From Eledone cirrhosa (Eukaryota), in the NCBI GenBank assembly GCA_964016885.1, contig OZ024740.1, forward strand, positions 268,894,001 to 268,958,000: 64,000 bases of DNA, read 5' to 3'. Position numbers and translations under genes: made by a program. Positions 50,398 to 64,000 of the stretch are shown here, piece by piece (within the stretch, counting starts at the first letter, position 1; each line of letters begins with the position of its first letter). The notes under the pieces were generated by a model. It had not been told where the DNA came from. It was given only the letters and a program-made list of their open reading frames with translations, and made no database searches.

Positions 50398-50712
50398 AAG
50401 CCACTTGGCTTAGTGGTTGCAATTGAGAGGTTGTGAGCTCTATTCTCGGACTGGGTGGTGCGTTGTGTCCTTAAGAAAGACACTTTATTTCACGTTGCTC
50501 CAGCTTACTCAGCTGTAGAAATGAGTTGCGACGTCACTGGTGCCAAGCTGTATCTGTCATTGCTTTTCCCTTGGACAACATCGGTGGTGTAGAGAGGAGA
50601 GACTGGTATTGCATTGGCGACTACTGGTCTTCCACAAAACAAAAGTTTCCCAGGATTGTGCCTCGGAGGGAAACTTTCTAGGTGCAAAAACATGGTCATT
50701 CGTGACCGAGTG
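50398..50712 (+). mobile_element. Second tRNA-SINE family (V/Meta-like core)
   Basis: TGGCTTAGTGGTT A box, GTTGTGTCCTTAAGAAAGACACTT, ACTCAGCTGTAGAAATGAGT core-like motifs. Confidence 0.7.
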
Positions 50713-51299
50713 AGGATTTCATAGATATGCCTGAATATTAATGACAGCATTCAACAGATTAAGTTGAATTCTGTGAATTGGTTTTGTTTAGAATGCATTT
50801 ACGAGTAAACATATTCTTTCAAAAGAATTTTATTTGCTGGGGTTATGAAATAAGGGCATGTTTTGCCAATAGCTTGATATATTTTGCGGTATATATTCCA
50901 AGTCAAAATGCTTTTGCTTTTTTAAAAAGATTTATTATTCCTCATGCATGACATCCTACTACCATATTACATACATTGCTACTCAATTTCTTCGAAGTAT
51001 TTTTCCAGCTAAAATAACGAGTAAATCTTAAATCTCTCGTTTATAATTTGATTCAATACTATGCAAAAATCAAGCAATGGAAGATTTTAAACTCGATTAG
51101 ATGTAACACATAATCAAGATATCGGTTGGTCTATAATTTCAATAATGACATTAAAACACCTTTTCTAAGAGCATGTAATATATTTCTTCTCTGTAGTGCT
51201 AATTTGTATTGTTTTCAATTAAATTATTATCGCTGTCTAGTTTGATGTGTCTCAAAAATCAATCCTTTCCTTACAGATTTCAAAGTCATTAACATCATA

Positions 51300-52420
51300 A
51301 ACCTTATTAAACCGAGTTTTTTTAACGGCCTCTAAATTTTGACAGTGTTCAGAAGGATCATTGTAAAATGACTGACACATTGCCGACATCTTTTACTATG
51401 AGTGTAGCCAAAACAAACTACACATATTTCCTTTTATCTTAGACAATTCTCTTCCATATTTCACCTTTGTTATTTATATCTAGTTAATCACATTTACTGC
51501 TGCTACAAAATAACATTTTCATTCTTGTCAGTTTAATAGAATAATAAACAACCTTTTCACTAACAAGACATTTAGTTCTAGAAGTTTTCCCAATTTATGA
51601 AGAAGCTTCATAATTATCATTTGGATTTAATGTTTCGAATATAGACTCGTATTGTTACGCAGGTCACTCTCAGTAATGAGAAATTCAAGGTCTGGTGGGA
51701 GATTTTAGATTTTCTTAATATACAAGGCTGGGAAATTACAGAATTATTTCATTTGTGATACAGTTTAGTGATGCTTCTTTTATTCTAGTCCCCATTGAAT
51801 CTTTGATTCCTACCATAGAAACAGTGGCATTACTTGTAAAGACAATCTACTCAACTAATTTCATATCAAATTCATTGAAACAATCAATAATGTACTTAAA
51901 GGAAACTGTGTTGTAGTGGATGAGACATAATTTAAGCATAAAAAGTAGTTTTGTTGTTGACATTATCATGCATTTCATAAACACATCTTCCCCAGTACAC
52001 ACGTGAGCTTCTTTATTGATATATCTACTACGTCATCAATAAACAATAGAAGCTTTGTTCCTTGCAAACATTTCTTCAAATCAGCCCCCAGAACTGTATT
52101 CAACTAGGCTTTGGTATAATGATCTTTTGTAATGTCATTCAAATGATTGGTAGGTATTACTGAACAATGACAGGTAGCTGTTACTGTCAATTAAATTTTA
52201 GTATTTTTAATCATTTCCTCCATCATATTCGGAATATTTCTTGGCCATAAATGATGTTGTTTTAAATCAGCCATATTAAATTTGTATTTTCGTGATATTT
52301 CAATGTGGGCAAAATTGTCTCGTTTACACTTTACCTACGAAACGACAAGGTTTACAGTAAGCCTTTCCTCTATTTTTCAGTGCTCTCTGTAACCACGAAT
52401 TCCTTTTTTTCTACCATACT
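51300..52420 (-). pseudogene. Highly decayed hAT-like transposase
   Basis: Minus-strand pieces KAYCKPC...DLKQH (BED-like), TATCHCSVIPTNHL, LFIDDVVDISIKKLTCV (resembles the first catalytic DE.TD motif) and SNATVSMVG. Many stops. Confidence 0.45.
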
Positions 52421-53291
52421 TCTTTGCACTTATATTTATAATCGTTTAAATCTCTTCCTCTTAGTTGTTTTGCAAAAATAATTTAAATAACGAAAATCTC
52501 AATTATCTGGCCATTCCAATTGTCACTTGAAAATTGAGTCAACTCATTCAATTGATATCGAATAGCAAAACATTCACTTTATTTACGTGGAATGGATATT
52601 TCCTTTAAATACAGTGTTCAAAGGAAATGAAAAAGGTCAGAAGATGGTCTCCACATTATATGACCAAAACAAAAAGACCAGAATTTTGGAGTGTGGCCAT
52701 AAAACGGTGAATTTCGAAATCTTGTTATTGATTTGTATAAGAAAATGGGAAACGTTAAACTTTTGCAATATTCAAGTCGCGACAGAATTATTGGAAAATA
52801 CATCTACTAATACATGCAATTATATATTACGTCTTTGCAAATACCTAGCAGCAACTTCCTACTCGCTCAAAGTTTATTAATACTTAAAAGTAAATACAAT
52901 TATAAGATTTCTATATATTTTGGATAAATCATTTTAAAAAGATAATGGGTCTTCATTCACTTAGAATTGTTACATATAAAACATCAAGAAAATGATTGTT
53001 TAAAATGTATTTTATAAACGTCCACAAGAAATAAACAAATGCAGCACCTTAATATTTTAATTTAAATTTTTTGTAGCAGCTAGAAAACATGCTTTTCGAA
53101 AACTTTAATTATTATTGTAAATGTATGATTTAGTAACAAGTTTGAAAGTTGATTGCACTGCTTGGAGATATACAGGATTTTTGATTTCGCTAAAAATATA
53201 AACGTGTAACAAAAAGTAACATGATATACATACTTCCTTCAAAACGATTATATCGTTACAAAGGTGTAACCCTTGTTCTAAAACTTGGATC

Positions 53292-53395
<104 letters not shown>

Positions 53396-53414
53396 AGAGA
53401 GAGAGAGAGAGAGA

Positions 53415-53946
53415 TAAAGATATGGGTGATACAATGGGTAATGTGCAGGTTCCATCCTATGGAATTTCTCGATGAACAGTGACTAAACAATGAAAGCCAA
53501 CAGGCCTAATATAAAGAGAAGCCATGTTCTTTAATTGACATGAGCATTCCATCAGATTGTAACATCTCATTGAAGGGGGTTGTAAAGCTCAGTAAATATA
53601 TAGATCTATCAAGTGAAATTGGGAAAATATGGCATCTTAAGGCCTGTACATTGTCAATGATAGTCGGCGCACTTGGAACGATAAAAAATGGAACTGAAAA
53701 ATAATTTGACTTGACACCTTCTAAGCTATCTTTGCAAGAGATACAAAAGGTAGTGCTGACTGGCACTGTCCATGTACTTGGAAGGGTATTATCAATTTAA
53801 AACTTTATATTTACTGACATTGGTGCTCTTATCGCATCATTTATATAACAATTGATTGTAAAATGTGTCTTATCAAATTATACCTAAGGTGTCAGGTTGA
53901 CACTCGGCATGGATTGGGAAAGAAGCAAACTTCAAAGGAAGTTTCA
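53415..53946 (+). mobile_element. 3' fragment of another R4/Dong-like RLE LINE
   Basis: ILWNF...MKANRPNI...LIDMSIPSD...KLSKYIDL..EIGKIW...IVGALGTI...LQEIQKVVLTGTVHVLGRVL*, then a UTR ending in AATAATAAT. Confidence 0.8.
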
Positions 53947-53956
53947 AATAATAATT

Positions 53957-54205
53957 GTTTCTACTTTTGGCACAAGGCCAGCAATTATATCAGTGCATTA
54001 CTGGTACTTTATTTTATCGACCACGTAAGGATGAAAGGCAAAGTTAACCTCAGCGGGATTTGAACTCAGATCATAAAGAGCCGTAACTCTTTGCTGCGAA
54101 GCATGGCGTCCGATCCTCTACCGATACTGCCAATCCACAGCCTAATAATTGTTTCTACTTTTGGCAAAAGGCCAGCAAATACCCAGTGCATTACTGGTAC
54201 TTTAC
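53957..54205 (-). mobile_element. tRNA-SINE (53957-54142) plus tandem 3' stub (54151-54205)
   Basis: Same family as 7549; each tail abuts AATAATT. Confidence 0.9.
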
Positions 54206-56039
54206 TTTCTTATATTCAGTCAATGAAGTCATTTTCAATCAACTTTATTTCACAGATACAATTAAATGAAACGTTATAAACTAGGATGTACCAACAAATA
54301 AATCGTCAAATTAGTCTGTCAGGGGGAGATTGTAATTTGTTTTTATCGTATTGTCAGTTTCTGTCTCGTAGAGTATGTGACAAGAAAATCACGACATTCA
54401 TGTTCTCTTCAATTTGCTACAGTGTTTACATGCATACATCAACTCTACATGTATGATAAGAAAAACAGGAAGCCAGTTAAACATATGAGAAAGAGTACTC
54501 AAACCTCACTACAACAATCATACATACTCAGACAGTGTGGGGGAATGCGCTCTGGCGTGCAGAACTTCAGGCGCAATATGTCTCCTGGTCCCAACTGACG
54601 GAATGGACAAATCGTTGCCACAGAGGATAGAGAAGACGATGTGTTGAAATTGACATTCCAAGTCAGCTATAGTCTTTCCTTCAAAAGAACTATAGCTGAG
54701 GAAATAATCATTTAGGGTTCTAGTCATAGTCTGGTATGAGCACCGAATGATCCCTATATGACAATTTCGAAGCCTTGATTGGTGGTGCTCTGAAGATAGC
54801 AATATCTTCTAGTACATGTCAATATCTTTGCTGCTGTTGTCGTTCCTGTTGATAGGAAGCTTTCAAACGATTTTTGCTATCAAATGTGTGATGATTCGAT
54901 TCTTTCCAATGCTTTTTTCGCATATTCGACTAGAAATAGTTCTAGTCTTCGAGATTTTGTGAACTAGTATGTCCATTAAGATTCGGCTCCTACCAGTTGG
55001 TACAAGCAAGGCAGCTGTGTCTGTAGCAAGGCAGGTGTACAGGATTGCTTCTAGCTCTTCAATAACAAGATGACACAACCCTTCCATATAGCCATATATA
55101 CAATGCTCTAATTTGAACATCTTATTTTCTTATTCTTTGTTCTGCTTTTCAATCGTAGCTGAAAATGGGCCTTGACTAATGTAACCACAAAATACTCTGC
55201 TGGCAATAATTTTGAATACAATTCTTAAACAAACTGGAACTCTGAAAACAAAAAGGTTTCTATTTTCTTAGATAAATCCAGGGAGAAAAGTAATTTGCAA
55301 CCATTGATAAAATATGCAATATAAAAAAAATCTACGTGTGAATCACACAGAAAAAAACATACGAAAAACACACGACTTCACATAAAAAATCACACACTAA
55401 ATCGTTAACGTAAACATATTCCCAACATACGACAAGAGTTAGGCATACACACAGACTTACACACACTCACACACTTACAACACACATACACACGCACACA
55501 AACAAATACACACATACACATACATACACACTCGTACATTTAAAAAAATATCTAGACATATTTACGAAACGCACACACAAAATGAAACAACCTCACAAAC
55601 ACGCATATAAATACAAACGTTTATCACTGTTATAATCAAATTGTCAATACTTTCATTATGAAAATGAGAAGATGAATTTAAGTAACAAAAAAAAACAAAA
55701 AAACTTCCGTTATTTAAATAATTCTATTATCGAAATATAAGCGAGATTGTAAAGATTTTCAACTATCACCTCTGTCATTTGCTTTTGACACACGACATGG
55801 CGCTGATGACGTAAAACTAACTTGCTTTGAAGACAGTGTCGTGCATAACTAAAATTGCTGGTGTGGTTGGTATAATATTTGCATTGAAAGAGTGAAAATA
55901 TTTGATAATAAAACTATAGTCGATGAAAGGAAACATTTCAAGATTATAGTTATTAGTCTGATATCTTTCCATACTTAATATTCATAATTCTCAATCTACG
56001 GGTCTGGTGTTCACTAGTAAGGAAAATTCTGTCTCGAGC

Positions 56040-56281
56040 AAAAAGGCTCATCAGATCGGTGCTTATCTCGGTTTCTGTGGGGTTAAGTGACTGAGAGTAC
56101 AAGACTCCCACCTCTGAACAGGGCGCGAGTCTATCAAAGGTTCTAACCACCAGTTACTGCTGGTACAATGTAAAATGAAGTGTTTTCCCCAAGATCACAT
56201 CACACAACCGAGACCAGGGATCGGACCCAAGACATCATGATCGTAAGACCAGCCCGCTTAACACTAGGCCACGCACCTCCA
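56040..56281 (-). mobile_element. Diverged tRNA-SINE (second family type)
   Basis: Reversed head GGAGGTGCGTGGCCTAGTGTTAAG...GGGTCCGATCCC, then TGATCTTGGGGAAAACACTT. Confidence 0.65.
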
Positions 56282-57583
56282 CCCCTCGTCATGATGAAGC
56301 AACGGTGAAATCTCTGACAAATCACACATATTTTTAAAGGGAAAATACATTAGATAATACGAATTGTTTCTTTATTGGCACATTAATTGAGGCTTAGTGT
56401 ATGTACATTAGAGTGCGTTAGTTTTGGATTCTGTAATGAGATTTAGCTTCAGATACAAACGTTTATTTACATAGAGTTACTTTTACTGGACTTTGTTAAT
56501 TTAGCGAGTTAAGATGATATGCCCAATTGTCTGTCAAATGTAGAAGAAGGCGAATAAATTCAGATGATTTGTTTACTAAACATCTACAACGGTTTATTTG
56601 ATGACAAATTTTCAAGTATTCTTTGTCTTATTTATTCTATACGATATCATTATGAAATCAATAATGTATAGATAAACATGTGTTCTGTATTGTGTATATT
56701 CAAATTTATATTGTTGACATTTTGTATGAATTAAAAGCTTATTTAGTAACTGATATCAGCGAAAGAGTTTACTTTCGTTCGCATTAAATCCGAAAATATC
56801 AAAATGAATCTGAATCTAAATTAACGAACAAATACTTTATAACGCTTTCTTTATATAATCTATATCTAATAAAGGACACGCAAGTAAAGTTTTGGTGAGT
56901 AAACGTAGCTTGTTATCTGTAAGAAATAATATAAACTATGTGAGTGAAATATATTTATGCAGAATTACATTGGTTCTCATTCCACATATTGGATACTCAT
57001 GTCATGTTTTATTTACCGGGCAATGGCGGGTAACCTTCTGTATTTACATACTAATTGATACACATACAGATTTTGTGTGTTACTAATAAAACTAGAAAAT
57101 AATGTAAAACAGAAAATATTCGAAATGATAGCGTCGTCTCTCGTGAAAGGGTGTGCGTGCTGTTTTTATTGTTAAAAAGTCGCTTTTTCCATTATATCAC
57201 TTTGATTTGCAGGTATGACTTGTGAAAATACAATAATCTTTTCCATCTTTTTATCATACATATACATCTGCTGAAAATTCTTCTTTCTCTGTTTCCTTTG
57301 GTGAGATGGGAGTGTACCCCTTTTTTTGTTATAACTGACACCATTGTTTGGAAGTCTCCAAACAGATGGCATAAAATGTCAAAAAAAAAACCTACCTACG
57401 TTTTTATAGTTATTTCAGTAAGAAACAAATTTCATCTGTTCAGAATATCTTTTGCTTGCAAAGTAATTAGGAATTTAAAAAGAAAAATCTTTCTTTCACA
57501 TTTGTATAATTCAAATAGTTTCAGTGTTCGATAGAAACACGTCTCACTACTCCACCAACAACAACGGCAACAATAACAATAAT

Positions 57584-57869
57584 GATTTCTTATATAGGCA
57601 CAAGGCCAACAATTTGAGGGGAGGGGGAAGTCGATTAAATCGACCCCAGTGCGTGACTGATACTTTATTTTATCGACCTCGTAAGGACGAAAGGCAAAGT
57701 TAACCTCTGCGGGATTTGAATTCAGACCGTTAAGAGCCGTAACTCTATGCTGCAAAGCATGGCGTCCGTCTCGATATTGCCAAACCACCAATAACAATAA
57801 TTGTTTCTACTTTAGGCACAAGGCCAGCAATTACCCAGTGCATTACTGGTACTTTATTTTATCGACCTC
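57584..57869 (-). mobile_element. tRNA-SINE long variant (57584-57790) plus 3' stub (57801-57869)
   Basis: Family core present; tail on minus strand GGCCTTGTGCCTATATAAGAAATCATTATT. Confidence 0.88.
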
Positions 57870-59208
57870 AATAATATTAGGTAGATATGTGCCTCTTTGG
57901 TTTTGCCGAAACTATGAAATACCTCTTATCCTAGTGAGTCTTCAAATAACCATTTATATAATGCTGGCGGCGTTTTCATAAAGTTCTTTCTTTTGTAAGT
58001 TGGTGGTTATGGGTTGGTTAGGTAATTTATCTCTCCCCCACCAGAAAAATATTGTTTTACCCTGTTTTAACTTCTTATCAGTTCAATCATCATCACGTTA
58101 TTCTTTCAGAAAATTAAAAGAAGTGGCGAGCTGCTGTGTGGGTGGTAGAGAGGAGCTCACCATCATGTCTTTAGAATAAAACCCGGTTTAGAGCGTATGA
58201 TGTCTATTTCTATTCCCATCAACAATTTTCTATTTATCTGCTAACTCCTTTTTTTATAATCTTCGCAAGAGAATGAGCCAGATATGTTGCTTGTAGCCGC
58301 AGGTCGGTAGACCGACCTTCTCCCGATTCCGTACTATTCCTGCTGATGACGTTTTTATTCAGGTTTTACTACGACAGGCATGTAATGCAGGAACATTGAC
58401 TGTTTTCTTACTTCTTCCTCAGTCTTGAACAACATATTTTCACTCGCGGCGCATCATAGTAACCCGTATAAGCTTTTTAAACTTTAATCATTGTATCGCC
58501 TCATGTTCCAGGCCGACAGGGTGGAAAAGACATTACCCCCTTGAGGATGGCGAGTGAGACGTACTCGAACTGCCACACCGTATTGCGGTACACGTACTTA
58601 TGATATCCAACACTTCTCTGATAGCAGTGAACAGAGATGTGGTCCTGGGACCAAGAAAATCAGATGTCTCCACAACCAAAAGCTCAACCACAAATCTATA
58701 AGAGAGCAGCTGATACTTTACAGTTTCCCATCTTCTGCCTAGAGGACAGTGGGGCCTGGGCTAGTAACCAAATGCACCAAGTTACCGCTACAGAAATTGG
58801 TGTCAAACAATGGGAAGTCCAGAAGTCGGGCTTACCCTCGTGGAACGAAAATATAGTCATCTCGTTTGGCCTTTTGACGCCGATAAGAATGTATTGTCTC
58901 CGGTGCCTCTCATCACACATAGAAAACTGCTTTTTTGAAGGTGTATCAAAATCCATTCTAATGTTTGCAAAGCATAGTCACGTTAGTTTCTTCTTAACCC
59001 TTTTTTTACGAATACATCGGGACAAGAGGTATACTCTCTCGTGACGAAGCCCTTTCAGAGTGCTTCCTTCCTGGGTGCTAGCACCTTTTAATAATTCAGT
59101 TTGATATACAAATTTAGCAATATACACGGTTTTGTTCATATTGCTGTAATTCCTATTGTTTTTGTTACTAATATTATGACGATTACTACTCATATATATA
59201 TATATGTA

Positions 59209-59380
<172 letters not shown>

Positions 59381-59463
59381 GGAGGTGAGTTTTATTGTAG
59401 TACAATAAAGCAATGCAGATATCGGATAAGAAGCACTCTACAGTTTGTAGGACTGGAGTATGC

Positions 59464-59778
59464 ATAATATAAGATCAAAAGATGGTTAAAGGAGTTCCAT
59501 GTATTTTATTATGCGCATTTCAAAAACAAACATCATCATGCAATAATATTTGTGTTTTCATCAGATAAAACAGGAGAACATGATATGAAGGCTAAAAAAC
59601 ACTTGTGGATAGTGCAGTTTTAAATCAACAAACTGCACTATCCACAAGTGTTTTTTAGCCTTCATATCATGTTCTCCTGTTTTATCTGATGAAAACACAA
59701 ATATTATTGCATGATGATGTTTGTTTTTGAAATGCGCATAATAAAATACATGGAACTCCTTTAACCATCTTTTGATCT

Positions 59779-59786
<8 letters not shown>
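59464..59786. repeat. Perfect fold-back (~157 bp arms, ~10 bp loop) between (TA)n tracts
   Basis: ATAATATAAGATCAAAAG...GATAGTGCAGTTT / AAACTGCACTATC...CTTTTGATCTTATATTAT. Confidence 0.95.
59679..59747 (+). ncRNA. Type I minimal hammerhead ribozyme, canonical core
   Basis: GUUUUAU CUGAUGA AAACACAAAU...GUUUGUUUUU GAAAU GCGC AUA AUAAAAU. 7 bp stem I, palindromic stem III AUGCGCAU; mirror copy at 59503-59571 (-). Confidence 0.8.
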
Positions 59787-59837
<51 letters not shown>

Positions 59838-60929
59838 AATAGGCCGAAGTCCCTTAAAGACAGAAACTTATAAGTAGCCGACCTCTCAGACTTTTAAGAA
59901 GCGACGATGGGATGAAGTTAATATAAAGAATGGTGTTCTCATGCACGTAGATGTTATAAAATAATCATTAAAATAGAGTGAAAACCCCATAAAGACGGAA
60001 GAAGAATGTGTCATCGGCCACTACGAGAACCTGGTATGTTCCAGACAGCTGTTATGCACTATCAAGTCAATGGACCATGACATCTCTTACCGTCTTTAAT
60101 TCTGCCAAATCAATGGATGGCAGTAGTTCCAGCTGCACACATCGAAAGACTGGTGTAGTGGTTCTGAGAACATTGAGGCTTCGCAGATGATCAATGCAAA
60201 TTGAGAATGGAAAGGCGCTCCCGCCCGAGTTAAAAGAGAACTGTTGACCTTCAGGAGAAGCAGCGACCCCTGATTGTATTCAGCAACCAAAACAAATACG
60301 AAATACCCTAAATCGAATGCTCCTAGGGGCGGCCATGGTTCTTCTTATTTGCGAGTGTAAACTTGGCCAAATGAGATTAGATATAGAATAGGTAGCGGCT
60401 AGCTGCTTTGACTTATTAAACCAAGGGATGGTTACAACTCTAGCAGTCTTAAATTAGATAGCTCAACCACAGATTTTAAATGTAAAGAAACATACATAGC
60501 CGATCTACGTTTAGAACTAAAAGATATTAACAACAACGAGAAATTGCAGTTAAATATCGACGACTAACAAAAGATGCTTTATCATATTTATACAGTCCAA
60601 GTTACACAGGCAGTCCTTTGTTATATCCGTCATCATAATTACTTTAAATCAACAATGTGCCGCTGATTGCCAATAAATAAGGACATTGTTGCTCGCGTAA
60701 ATGTATACTCCCAATCCATCAAACTCCACAAATAATATTCTGGCTTCTAAAGAGATGATTAAGTTACCGATCATAGAAAATAGACACTGCTTTTCTCAAT
60801 ATTTACGCATTAGATCTTTTGTTGTTGTTGAAACGTATGTTAACCCTGAGCGAAGAAACCAATGAAGAAATGCGTCCCAGAGGAGATCACACCATCTGTG
60901 TTGTCGAGCGATTCTCTCTTACTTTAAGA

Positions 60930-61123
60930 TGGTGGGCTGAAAATTTCATAAACGAGGATGTTAGAGCTATCAAATCTTGCATGCTTTAATTTCAACTCTT
61001 CCTGTTAATAATTGTATTTTTTTCAGGGACTATGTTGAAAAATAAACCTAATTTGGTCATCCATGAGAGTATCTTGGTCAGCCTATGAATGTTCAGCCTA
61101 TGAAGCTTTCAGCTAGCTTTCGT
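60930..61123 (-). mobile_element. mariner-like MITE, diverged
   Basis: Reverse-complement similarity to 49490-49677 (CAGGGACTATGTTGAAAAATAAACCT, GTATCTTGGTCAGCCTATGAA). Confidence 0.68.
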
Positions 61124-62312
61124 ATATGTAGGGTGCGATTTGTGGGAGATTTGGCTGCTATTTTTAGCAGCTTAAACTTGAAATTGTTGCCATAATTAAT
61201 TAATCACTCCACTGTTTTAAATTCTCTAGCATCATGTAAGCCTTTCAGAATTGATGTCATAAATACAAATAATATTTTGTAGCTTGCTTTCAACACTTAA
61301 CTATTATCTAAAAAGGAAATCAGTAATTATATAACCTATTGCACTCAATGCGTTATAGTATTTCATCGCCTGTCGTCTGGATGTTCTTAGTTCAATTTCT
61401 TATCGAATCGACGTTCTTTTCTACTCGTCAACGATAAAATCAATATGGATCAGTTATATACATGGATTTGATATAACTTCATACAATGTAGCTTTATTTT
61501 TTGCCTATTTTGTCTAATTTAAGTACATCCTTGTGACTTTATTTAAGTATATTGAATATTCTCTTACATCGAATTAGTCTTACTAAGTACTATTTCTGTT
61601 CAGCTTGTAAATGGAGGTGTGACGCCACATTTGGTCTATTGCAGGCGGTTTCGGTAAGCGCAATGATTGACAGTGAAACACAACGTGGAATTAAACTGTC
61701 TACAAAACGCGCTACAGAGCAGTAATGCGGTTCTCTCCGTATTATTCTACCAATGACACATAAGAACCTTATGAAAAAATCCAGTTGAACCATTTGTGAT
61801 CTATAATGAACGTTCTATTGACGAGATCTATGAAATATGCACAAATATGCCCACTGTTGAGTCTATACTCTTGGAATCATAGTTGTATACTGTGGGACAG
61901 GTGATTTGTTTAGAGGTCACTAATAACCTCATGGCTGTGTTCACGGCTTCTAAAAGCTGGAAGCCGTCGAAGAGAACGTCCAAACCTCCCTGGTGACTGA
62001 TTACCAGAGCACAGTAGAAGGCAGCGACAGACGAACAGCAATGTCGAATAGGTCTGTAGGAGTAAAGACTGCAAAGTTAAATTGAACGAAACTACACGAA
62101 GGAAAGTCAGAATTAAAGCAAATTTCATTACACAGGCTCTGTAAAACATATTTTATAATATCTGCGAATGTAGTTATGTCAGCGTCTTCTGTCTATAATA
62201 CCACTTTCATGAAGTTACTTCATTATACTCTGCTACCAAGTCATCCTCGATTATGAGTCACTACCAGTACACCCCCCACAAATACACACATACACACACA
62301 CTCACACATACA

Positions 62313-62456
<144 letters not shown>

Positions 62457-62574
62457 TAAAACAGATACGAATATATTAAATTATACATTAGGTGAGAGAA
62501 CTCAATACCAATAGTATAATAACGTAAATATAATCCTACATCTAAACCTATATATATATATAGATATATATATA

Positions 62575-62919
62575 TTTCCACGAGCCAAAGTATCGTCTTC
62601 CTGTCTTCCTCCGGTTGCAACGTTTTTTGAAATATCCACTTCTGCGTCTACAGATTGACTTTGATAGATTCAGAAGATCCCGTTAAGGGTGAAAGCAGCG
62701 ATTCTTTGCTTAAACTTTAATCTGTTATTTTAATAAATATATATATATATATATATTTATTAAAATAACAGATTAAAGTTTAAGCAAAGAATCGTTGCTT
62801 TCACCCTTAACGGGATCTTCTGAATCTATCAAAGACAATCTGTAAACGCAGAAGTGGATATTTCAAAAAACGATGCAACCGGAGGAAGACAGGAAGACGA
62901 TACTTTGGCTCGTGGAAAC
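62575..62919. repeat. Fold-back (~165 bp arms) with (TA)n centre
   Basis: TTTCCACGAGCCAAAGTATCG...GTTATTTTAATAAA(TA)nTTTATTAAAATAAC...CGATACTTTGGCTCGTGGAAA. Partial family members at ~29005-29125 and ~12768-12811. Confidence 0.93.
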
Positions 62920-62921
62920 GT

Positions 62922-63175
62922 TCCCTGGCAAAGAACGGGAAAAAACGAATATAATACGTCATTAATAGGAGCGGTGAAAAACAATTACACGCAAAGACAG
63001 AACCACGTTTATGGTATAAAAGAAGTCGTAGACTAATGTTCTCTTAGGTGGTTCATAGAGACGATCTCTGGCAATGAACGGAAAAAACGATGATAATACG
63101 TCATATGTGGAGCGTGGACAACAATTGCATGCAAAGACAAAACCACGTAAATGGTATAGCTGAAGTTGTAGACTC
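62922..63175 (+). repeat. Two diverged ~110 bp direct repeats
   Basis: CTGGCAA.GAACGG.AAAAACGA..ATAATACGTCAT...GCAAAGACA.AACCACGT..ATGGTATA...GAAGT.GTAGACT occurs twice. Confidence 0.8.
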
Positions 63176-64000
63176 AAATTTTAATTAGGAAACCGAATGA
63201 ATCTCCGCTTCAGAGTTAAGAATAAAGTAAATAAAATACAATACAGAGGTAATAGAAATTAAATAAATACATACACGCATGCAAATACGTACATACACAA
63301 GCATACGCGAAAACACTTGCCATAGGTATACAAACCCACGCACATATAAATATGTGTGTGTGTGTGTGTGTGTGTGCGTGTATACAAATAAATAAATAAT
63401 TAAATAAACGTATATAAATAAATAAATACGTATATAACAAGCGCACACACATACCTACATGTAAATACACAAATGTTCGGAGACGTACGTCAACCAAAAC
63501 ATGAAGTACACATATACACACACCCTACATACGTACGAACCCGCATACTCACACAGACGCAAAACTCCCGTATACACATAACCAAACCATATGTACCAGA
63601 ATATATAAAATTATACGCCATAACATATACAATCAAATATACGTACGAGAAAGTATACGTACCTTCACAAAACATACAAGTAATATATACTTACCTATAC
63701 AAATAAGTAATGGTATAAACATAACATATACTTAGCTACCTCATCAAATCGTAAAATATCCACGTATAGATCGTACTATCCGTTAGGCTATAATGTGGGG
63801 CTGTAATACAGGAAAGTTTTGTGCAATTTATGTTTACAAGCCGAAATTGCCTCAGATTATTTGTTTCAGATGTGGTCTGTGGCGTAGTGTATTTCCAGGG
63901 CCTCAGCGGCGCAGAGGTCACATGGTCTTTTATTTCCGTTATACGATCTAGCCCTAGCTAGGATCTACCAGTGTAACTTATATTGGGTGTGGTTGTCTTT

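Noticed and set aside
54518-55120. GC-richer segment with two short minus-strand ORFs
   Set aside because: No motif I can recognise and no clear splice structure; needs a BLASTX search.
58150-59050. Possible decayed LINE 5' region or exon
   Set aside because: No assignable protein motif or termini by eye.
62665-62710. Hammerhead-like CAGAAGA-TCCC-GTTAA-GGGT-GAAAGCAGCG (similar GTGAAGA...GAAAGC at ~14270)
   Set aside because: The core deviates and there is no NUH triplet or convincing stem I; at most a decayed relic.

Overview
AT-rich, microsatellite-dense eukaryotic DNA, most like a coleoid cephalopod (Octopus-type SINEs; taxon is inferred). I see no host gene; most ORF-track hits are (TA)n/(CA)n/(GA)n artefacts. 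The window is a stack of mobile elements: (1) an (AAT)n hotspot at ~16.5-28.3 kb holding two R4/Dong-like RLE LINE copies, a full-length but frameshifted Tx1/L1-like LINE, a Tx1 3'UTR stub and a tRNA-SINE; (2) a decayed RepHel Helitron (37180-~42465, minus) apparently nested in a second pair of Helitron ends (28377-42680); (3) many SINEs, MITEs and fold-back elements sitting in (TA)n. The main result is non-coding. The ~8 kb 'satellite' at 29.2-37.2 kb is a tandem array of ~320 bp monomers, most carrying a type I hammerhead ribozyme with a compensated U3-A8 core (UUGAUAA), a palindromic stem III and a Schistosoma-like extended stem I and loop II. An unrelated 590 bp tandem/inverted array at 44.5-47.3 kb has the same core variant, and further hammerhead motifs lie in fold-back elements. 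This suggests a retrozyme/Penelope-type self-cleaving, possibly circular-RNA system. All folds were read by eye; coordinates of decayed elements are approximate.
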